From contig JAEOTQ010000022.1 of the NCBI GenBank assembly GCA_016839785.1, forward strand, positions 1 to 13,104: DNA of 13,104 nt. Reading direction: 5' to 3'. How positions within the stretch are numbered: position 1 is the stretch's first letter; the number at the start of each line of letters is the position of its first letter. Shown here piece by piece: positions 8,814 through 13,104 of this stretch. The notes below the pieces were generated by a model, which was not told the origin of the DNA, searched no databases, and saw nothing but the letters and a program-made list of their open reading frames with translations. The translations under genes were made by a program, and so were the position numbers. The DNA is from Candidatus Hodarchaeota archaeon (GTDB taxonomy: Archaea; Asgardarchaeota; Heimdallarchaeia; Hodarchaeales; Hodarchaeaceae).

Positions 8814-9659
8814 TTATTTATCCCTTTGTTTTTTAATTGTAAAAACTATAATCATTATCAGGGGTACCAGTAGGCCACTTCCAAAAAAAACATATGTTGG
8901 GGAGTCAAAAATCCCCCAGAGGAATACAGGTGAATCGTGGGTTGAGGAAACTCGTTTTAGTTCTATTCTTGTCCAGCTAAAAACGTGCTCATATGAGTCA
9001 TTGACATCTGAGAATAGGGAGCTCCCCTGTAAATCAGTGAGAAATCCTTCTGGGTCATATTCTAAATATATTCGCCGTGAAAAGTATTTTCCAATTGAGA
9101 AAGTCTGATTATTCATTCCCTCAATTACCCGTTGTCCATTACTCATCAATGCTAGCTCAGCCTGAATGGGAAAAGAATCAATCCAACTGAAATTCCATTC
9201 TCCTGTTGGGGGGGAGGTACGATAAGCATATGTTATGGGTTCTATAAATGTGCTATTCAGATAGATTTCAAACAATGTATAATATAGCACTGAATTTAAT
9301 TCATCTAGATCTAACCAGTAAGGCCACCAATTAGAAATCGTTGAATTAAATGAGTTACAACTTAGGAATGGAGTTTCAACAAACAGGGAATCCTTGATCG
9401 TACCAACTGTTGATCTTACTCCTGTGATCCTTACTTCGTCTGTGTATGTATTTGCTGTAATTGTAAGGTTTGGATACCAAAAATCTCCAGTATCCATCTC
9501 CTCCCCAAATATGTACTTATCAGAAGCTGTTCCATTGAACACCTGTTGAACTTGGGTAAAGTTGCCTGAGTCCAGGCTTGTAGTGGATATAAGTGGAAAT
9601 GTGAGTGAGAGAAGTAGTAGAAGGCTAAAAACAAGTGTCTGATATCCTGATCTAATCAC
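8814..9659 (-). CDS. Secreted, C-terminally membrane-anchored surface glycoprotein of unknown function
   Basis: Signal peptide (LVFSLLLLLSLTFPLIST), 8 N-x-S/T sequons, C-terminal TM plus KKQRDK; GGAG upstream of GTG. Confidence 0.8.
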   Translation of the reverse strand: MIRSGYQTLVFSLLLLLSLTFPLISTTSLDSGNFTQVQQVFNGTASDKYIFGEEMDTGDFWYPNLTITANTYTDEVRITGVRSTVGTIKDSLFVETPFLSCNSFNSTISNWWPYWLDLDELNSVLYYTLFEIYLNSTFIEPITYAYRTSPPTGEWNFSWIDSFPIQAELALMSNGQRVIEGMNNQTFSIGKYFSRRIYLEYDPEGFLTDLQGSSLFSDVNDSYEHVFSWTRIELKRVSSTHDSPVFLWGIFDSPTYVFFGSGLLVPLIMIIVFTIKKQRDK

Positions 9660-9729
9660 TAATCTCTCCAGAGGTACTTTTTTAACAATAGCAGTTTCAA
9701 TTTCTTCAGATGCATATATGAGCGTTTTC

Positions 9730-10911
9730 TTATGAATAAATTATGCATCCCTTTGCTTGAAGCGTTTGAAACCATGGCGGAAGAGTTTTTAGACGATTCC
9801 ATCTCAGATCTAGTTTTTCCAAGTGTGGAAGGGAACCAATGCTCGTGGGAAGAGTATGAAATCGATTTCCTCTTAAATCTAAATGGGATAATTTGTCTAA
9901 TCCTGACAAATCCTCAGGAAGCGACTCCACTTCATTTACTCGGAGATCAAGCACTTGTAATTCGTGGAGTTGTTTGATAGTTTTGGGTAATGTTTTTATT
10001 TTATTTCCTTTCAATATTAGCTGTCTCAAGTTCTCCAGTTTACCTATTGTTTCAGGGAGTGTAGCAAGTTGATTATTCTGGACGTGTAATTCTAATAAAT
10101 TTATTAAGTCGCCTATAGACTCTGGGAGCTTTTTGATTTGGTTATCATACATTCGGAATTCAATTAATTTGATCAGCTTCCCTAAGGTCTCTGGTAACTC
10201 TGTAATGGCATTTTCACTAATATTTAAGTAGCGAAGATTTGGAAGAGTAGTTAATGAGCTGGGGATTGATTTTAACCGACTATCGGCCACATATAAAAAC
10301 TCCAATGAGTGTAACTTACTGATCGATTCAGGAAGGTTTTCTAAATGCCCATGGGCTATATCTAAAACAACAAGCTTTTTCAAATTCCCAAGTGTATCTG
10401 GTAAGGTTGTATACATATTTCCATCCAGATATAACTTGGTTAATTTCCTTAGATACCCAATGTTGTTACTGATAACTGCTAGTTGATTTCCTCCTCCAAT
10501 ATCTAATTCTTCAATTTGTTTTACTTGCCATAATCCTTCAGGTACTTGGGTTATCTGATTCCCTCTCAAGTATAATTTTTTAAGATTGGTCAAATTTCCG
10601 ATATTGTTTGGAAGGGTTTTCAGCCGATTTTGAGTTACTCTTAATTCCTCTAGAGTTGTAAGATTGCCTAAAGTCTCTGGGAGTTCATTTAGATTGTTAT
10701 TAGATATATCCAAATATTTTAGATGACTTAAATCGATAAGTAAGTCAGGAAAATGTGTCAAGTTGCAATATTTAAGGGTTAATCCGATTACTTTTTCATT
10801 CTCCTCATAGTATCCTCTCTCAACCTCAATGAGATTTTTTTGCGAGTCAATTTTTTGGATTGAAGAATGAATCATCTTCTGTAGCTTATCGATCAGCTTG
10901 ACAACAGACAT
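9730..10911 (-). CDS. Leucine-rich repeat protein (about 15 LRRs of 23 aa), cytoplasmic
   Basis: Consensus LxxLxLxxNxLxxLPxxIGxLx repeated. ATG (MSVVKL) at 10911 follows AGGAG and lies 19 nt after the regulator's stop. No signal peptide. Confidence 0.95.
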   Translation of the reverse strand: MSVVKLIDKLQKMIHSSIQKIDSQKNLIEVERGYYEENEKVIGLTLKYCNLTHFPDLLIDLSHLKYLDISNNNLNELPETLGNLTTLEELRVTQNRLKTLPNNIGNLTNLKKLYLRGNQITQVPEGLWQVKQIEELDIGGGNQLAVISNNIGYLRKLTKLYLDGNMYTTLPDTLGNLKKLVVLDIAHGHLENLPESISKLHSLEFLYVADSRLKSIPSSLTTLPNLRYLNISENAITELPETLGKLIKLIEFRMYDNQIKKLPESIGDLINLLELHVQNNQLATLPETIGKLENLRQLILKGNKIKTLPKTIKQLHELQVLDLRVNEVESLPEDLSGLDKLSHLDLRGNRFHTLPTSIGSLPHLEKLDLRWNRLKTLPPWFQTLQAKGCIIYS

Positions 10912-10930
10912 TTCTTTTACTCCTTTAGGC

Positions 10931-11644
10931 TTATTCCTGATCAAATCTGAGTAATTTATTAAACTCTTTTGCTAGCTGAAGACCTTCTTGTGTAGTCATT
11001 TCGAAAATTTCCAAGAATTTATCGATATCCAAGATATCAAACTCCAGGTTATTCAATAGGTCTGAATTGTTTGATATCCACATGCTTCTTGCTTTTCTTC
11101 GTTTTTCCTGATGCGCCAAGATGGCCTCTAATAATTCTGTAATTTTCTCTTCTTCGATTCTCGGATTTAATGACTTGATAATTGTTGTTATTGTCCCCAG
11201 TTTTTTTTCTTCGTCTTCGAGTTTATTATCTGGATCTAATCCTCCAAAATAGAAGAGTTGGGCTGTCCGTCCATAATATGCAATATCATGACGCTTTCCC
11301 TTTATGGTGGCAATCTCTCTAATGAAGCCAAGTTCCTCCAATCGACCAAGATGAAAGTAGATATTTGATAATTTTATTCTTCTCTCGAGTCGTTCGCTGA
11401 CGTATTTCTGGCATTCTTGTGCACTTAAGGCATGGCGTCGTCTTTTCTTGGTTTTGTCTAAAGGAACCTCCTCAAGAATTCCTTCGCGTAATATATCAAG
11501 AATTATGTTTCTTACTTCTTGGAACGCGATTTTATGGTATGAGGCTTTCATATCACAGGTAATTGGAATATTCTTCCAAAAATCGAATAGCAGCATTCTT
11601 TTTTTGATCATTTCTGGATCTGTGGCCTCGTCCATTGGTTTCAT
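10931..11644 (-). CDS. Winged helix-turn-helix transcriptional regulator (ArsR-like) with C-terminal helical domain
   Basis: VRNIILDILREG...HALSAQE...IKLSNIYFHLGRLEELGFIREI...AYYGRTA matches a wHTH recognition helix and wing. Confidence 0.82.
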   Translation of the reverse strand: MKPMDEATDPEMIKKRMLLFDFWKNIPITCDMKASYHKIAFQEVRNIILDILREGILEEVPLDKTKKRRRHALSAQECQKYVSERLERRIKLSNIYFHLGRLEELGFIREIATIKGKRHDIAYYGRTAQLFYFGGLDPDNKLEDEEKKLGTITTIIKSLNPRIEEEKITELLEAILAHQEKRRKARSMWISNNSDLLNNLEFDILDIDKFLEIFEMTTQEGLQLAKEFNKLLRFDQE

Positions 11645-11655
11645 CCAACCTTACG

Positions 11656-11672
11656 TTCAGTCAGTTACTGAA
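11656..11672. promoter_or_regulatory. Palindromic operator copy 1 (TTCAGT-cagtt-ACTGAA)
   Basis: Perfect 6-bp arms, 11 nt upstream of the wHTH ATG and just downstream of minus-strand TATA-like ATATTAAA. Confidence 0.75.
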
Positions 11673-11876
11673 AGTTTTTTAATATTTCTATTTTTCTCAT
11701 AACAAGTGTTTTCCGTATTATCCTAAAAGTATATTCAATTATCTGGTTTTATCATGTAATTAAAGGTAAATTGTGGTTATAACTCTTTAATATTTCGAAA
11801 ATATGATAATTAGGATAAATTCAGACTACCAGTATTTCAAAAAACGGAATTGGAACTGATTGACCAAACATAAACC

Positions 11877-11884
11877 TTTATATA
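11877..11884 (+). promoter_or_regulatory. TATA box (TTTATATA) of the small-protein gene
   Basis: Consensus archaeal TATA with an A-rich BRE-like stretch upstream; 76 nt before ATG 11960. Confidence 0.65.
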
Positions 11885-11892
11885 TTTTAATA

Positions 11893-11909
11893 TTCAGTGG
11901 TTAACTGAA
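11893..11909. promoter_or_regulatory. Palindromic operator copy 2 (TTCAGT-ggtta-ACTGAA)
   Basis: Perfect 6-bp arms, 8 nt downstream of the TATA box. Confidence 0.75.
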
Positions 11910-11919
11910 CAATAGATTG

Positions 11920-11936
11920 CTCAGTAAGTAACTGAA
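11920..11936. promoter_or_regulatory. Palindromic operator copy 3 (cTCAGT-aagta-ACTGAA)
   Basis: One mismatch to consensus; starts 27 bp after copy 2. Confidence 0.7.
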
Positions 11937-11959
11937 TAAATTGTTTAAGGTGAAACGTA

Positions 11960-12178
11960 ATGATTGAGGTTCAGAAATCCAAATCTGGAAAGATTAATCA
12001 AGAAACATGCACAAAGGTGTTTAAACAGGAAGAATCCCTGATTCCAAAAAAATACAAAAAGCAAATAAGATTTAACTTAAGAAAGGAAGCTGTACGAAAC
12101 AGCTCGGGGATAAATCCGCTTTTAACTCGTGATACGCAAGTGGCAAAGTACAAAATGATTCTTAACTTGCCTAGATAA
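11960..12178 (+). CDS. Small basic hypothetical protein (72 aa)
   Basis: Strong archaeal SD AGGTGA (11948-11953) 6 nt before the ATG, own TATA box, non-overlapping position. Confidence 0.75.
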   Translation: MIEVQKSKSGKINQETCTKVFKQEESLIPKKYKKQIRFNLRKEAVRNSSGINPLLTRDTQVAKYKMILNLPR

Positions 12179-12180
12179 AT

Positions 12181-12203
12181 TGAAGGCTATATGCTTTCAT
12201 TTT
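12181..12203 (+). terminator. Possible terminator hairpin plus T-run
   Basis: TGAAGGC-tatat-GCTTTCA followed by TTTT immediately after the 72-aa gene stop. Confidence 0.3.
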
Positions 12204-12701
12204 ATGTTCTCCTCATTTCTAGAAATGTCCTGGGGAAGTTTCTTACTCCTTTTTTTAAACCCTGCATATATTTTATTTATATTCACGAGTAATAAGCTTG
12301 TATACTGCGGTAATAGCGTTAGTGCAAGATAGTTCCAGTAATCTACTGCTATAAGGGGAGTTGATGATCCCTCACTCCCTCTTAGATACCATCCTACTGG
12401 GGAGATTGCGTCGATAATTGGCCAGAGAATCACACTGAAACTTATTCTAGCTAAGTCTAGATCATTCTCTGTCCAGATGAAAAAGGGTATGCCGATTAAT
12501 ACCCATAGAGTTAGTCCCCCAGTGGTAAGATACCAGTTAAGGAAAATAAAAAATACTATTTTCTCTTGATAACACTAGAATTACTAGACCCACAGATATA
12601 ATGAGTATCGAGGCCATTGAGACCAGCCAAATAGCCATTATTATATTCATTGAATCTGTATCAGTTAGGACTATTGAGCCTAACCATCTAAAAGACTGCA
12701 T
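12197..12701 (-). pseudogene. Frameshifted multi-pass membrane protein gene abutting the IS end
   Basis: Frame A from 12701/12650: MQSFRWLGSIVLTDTDSMNIIMAIWLVSMASILIISVGLVILVLSRENSIFYFP*. Frame B from ~12575: EKIVFFIFLNWYLTTGGLTLWVLIGIPFFIWTENDLDLARISFSVILWPIIDAI...NIK*. Removing one base near 12545-12575 joins them. Confidence 0.6.
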
Positions 12702-12830
12702 GACTAGTTTTGTCAGACAACTAGTTGAAAACTAATTCTGGACAGGATGAGTCACACATCCGCTATCCGGCAGGTTAGCAACCAGAGAATGACTGCTTTC
12801 CATTGGGACTACTTGGGAACCAGAGTGAAA
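12680..12830 (-). ncRNA. Predicted omegaRNA (reRNA) overlapping the tnpB 3' end, guide extending into flank
   Basis: Known TnpB architecture plus hairpins GGAUA-gc-GGAUG-ugugacu-CAUCC-UGUCC and ACUAGUU...AACUAGU. Ends are approximate. Confidence 0.45.
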
Positions 12831-13104
12831 CCGCTGAAGAATATTACAGGCAGCATTGTAGTCGGCATTCAGGTGAACTCCACACTTCTGACAGCAAAAA
12901 GAACCGCGCGAGCGGCGATTTTTTTTAGCTAGATACCCACATTTACTACATTGTTGAGAGGTATATGCCTCATTGATACGAACGACTGTCATCCCAGCTA
13001 GTTTAGCCTTATATTCAAGCATTTGCACGAATTGGAGAAAGGGCAGCTGGACAAACGATTGATTGGTACGTTTTCCGAGGTTGCACTGTTGTTTCCACCC
13101 CGTA
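12699..13104 (-). mobile_element. Right part of an IS200/IS605-family element
   Basis: tnpB, visibly higher GC than the flanks, and hairpins at 12740-12768 and 12703-12725. The exact boundary is uncertain. Confidence 0.7.
12732..13104 (-). CDS. tnpB: RNA-guided endonuclease TnpB (IS200/IS605 family), C-terminal part; 5' end outside window
   Basis: Frame is open to the window edge: TGWKQQCNLGKRTNQSFVQLPFLQFVQMLEYKA...NEAYTSQQCSKCG...FCCQKCGVHLNADYNAACNI, giving a zinc ribbon and the RuvC-III Asp. Confidence 0.95.
   Translation of the reverse strand, partial: TGWKQQCNLGKRTNQSFVQLPFLQFVQMLEYKAKLAGMTVVRINEAYTSQQCSKCGYLAKKNRRSRGSFCCQKCGVHLNADYNAACNILQRFHSGSQVVPMESSHSLVANLPDSGCVTHPVQN

Noticed and set aside
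9431-9977. ORFs 9431-9634(-) and 9732-9977(+)
   Set aside because: Shadows of the surface protein and LRR genes.
9730-10911. LRR as part of a Roco/NLR/TIR immune receptor
   Set aside because: No P-loop, COR, TIR or kinase domain in the ORF or neighbours.
11448-11702. 84-aa plus-strand ORF
   Set aside because: Antisense to the wHTH gene and crosses its promoter.
11893-11936. Operator copies as a mini CRISPR array
   Set aside because: Units are 17 bp with variable centres and only a 10-nt gap; no cas genes; position fits operators.
12747-12932. 61-aa plus-strand ORF
   Set aside because: Antisense to tnpB.
12732-13104. Cas12f CRISPR effector
   Set aside because: No CRISPR repeats downstream; hairpin end fits an IS-encoded TnpB.

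Overview
AT-rich archaeal window; gene content and style suggest an Asgard archaeon (Heimdallarchaeia/Hodarchaeales-like), which is an inference. Left to right: two tandem, ATGA-coupled cell-surface protein genes sharing a ~120-aa DxDxDG repeat (the first cut by the window edge); a divergent MacB/FtsX-type ABC permease that probably starts at a non-canonical codon; a dCTP deaminase homologue with an altered motif III; an N-terminally truncated methyltransferase-like gene; two membrane/surface proteins; an operon of a winged-helix regulator and a 15-repeat LRR protein; a divergent 72-aa basic protein; a frameshifted membrane-protein gene; and the 3' end of an IS200/IS605 TnpB of the rearranged-RuvC (Fanzor-like) type with hairpins at its end. 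The clearest unannotated signal is a 17-bp palindrome, TTCAGT-N5-ACTGAA, present three times just downstream of the TATA boxes of both divergent promoters. It ties the wHTH-LRR operon and the small protein into one candidate regulatory circuit.
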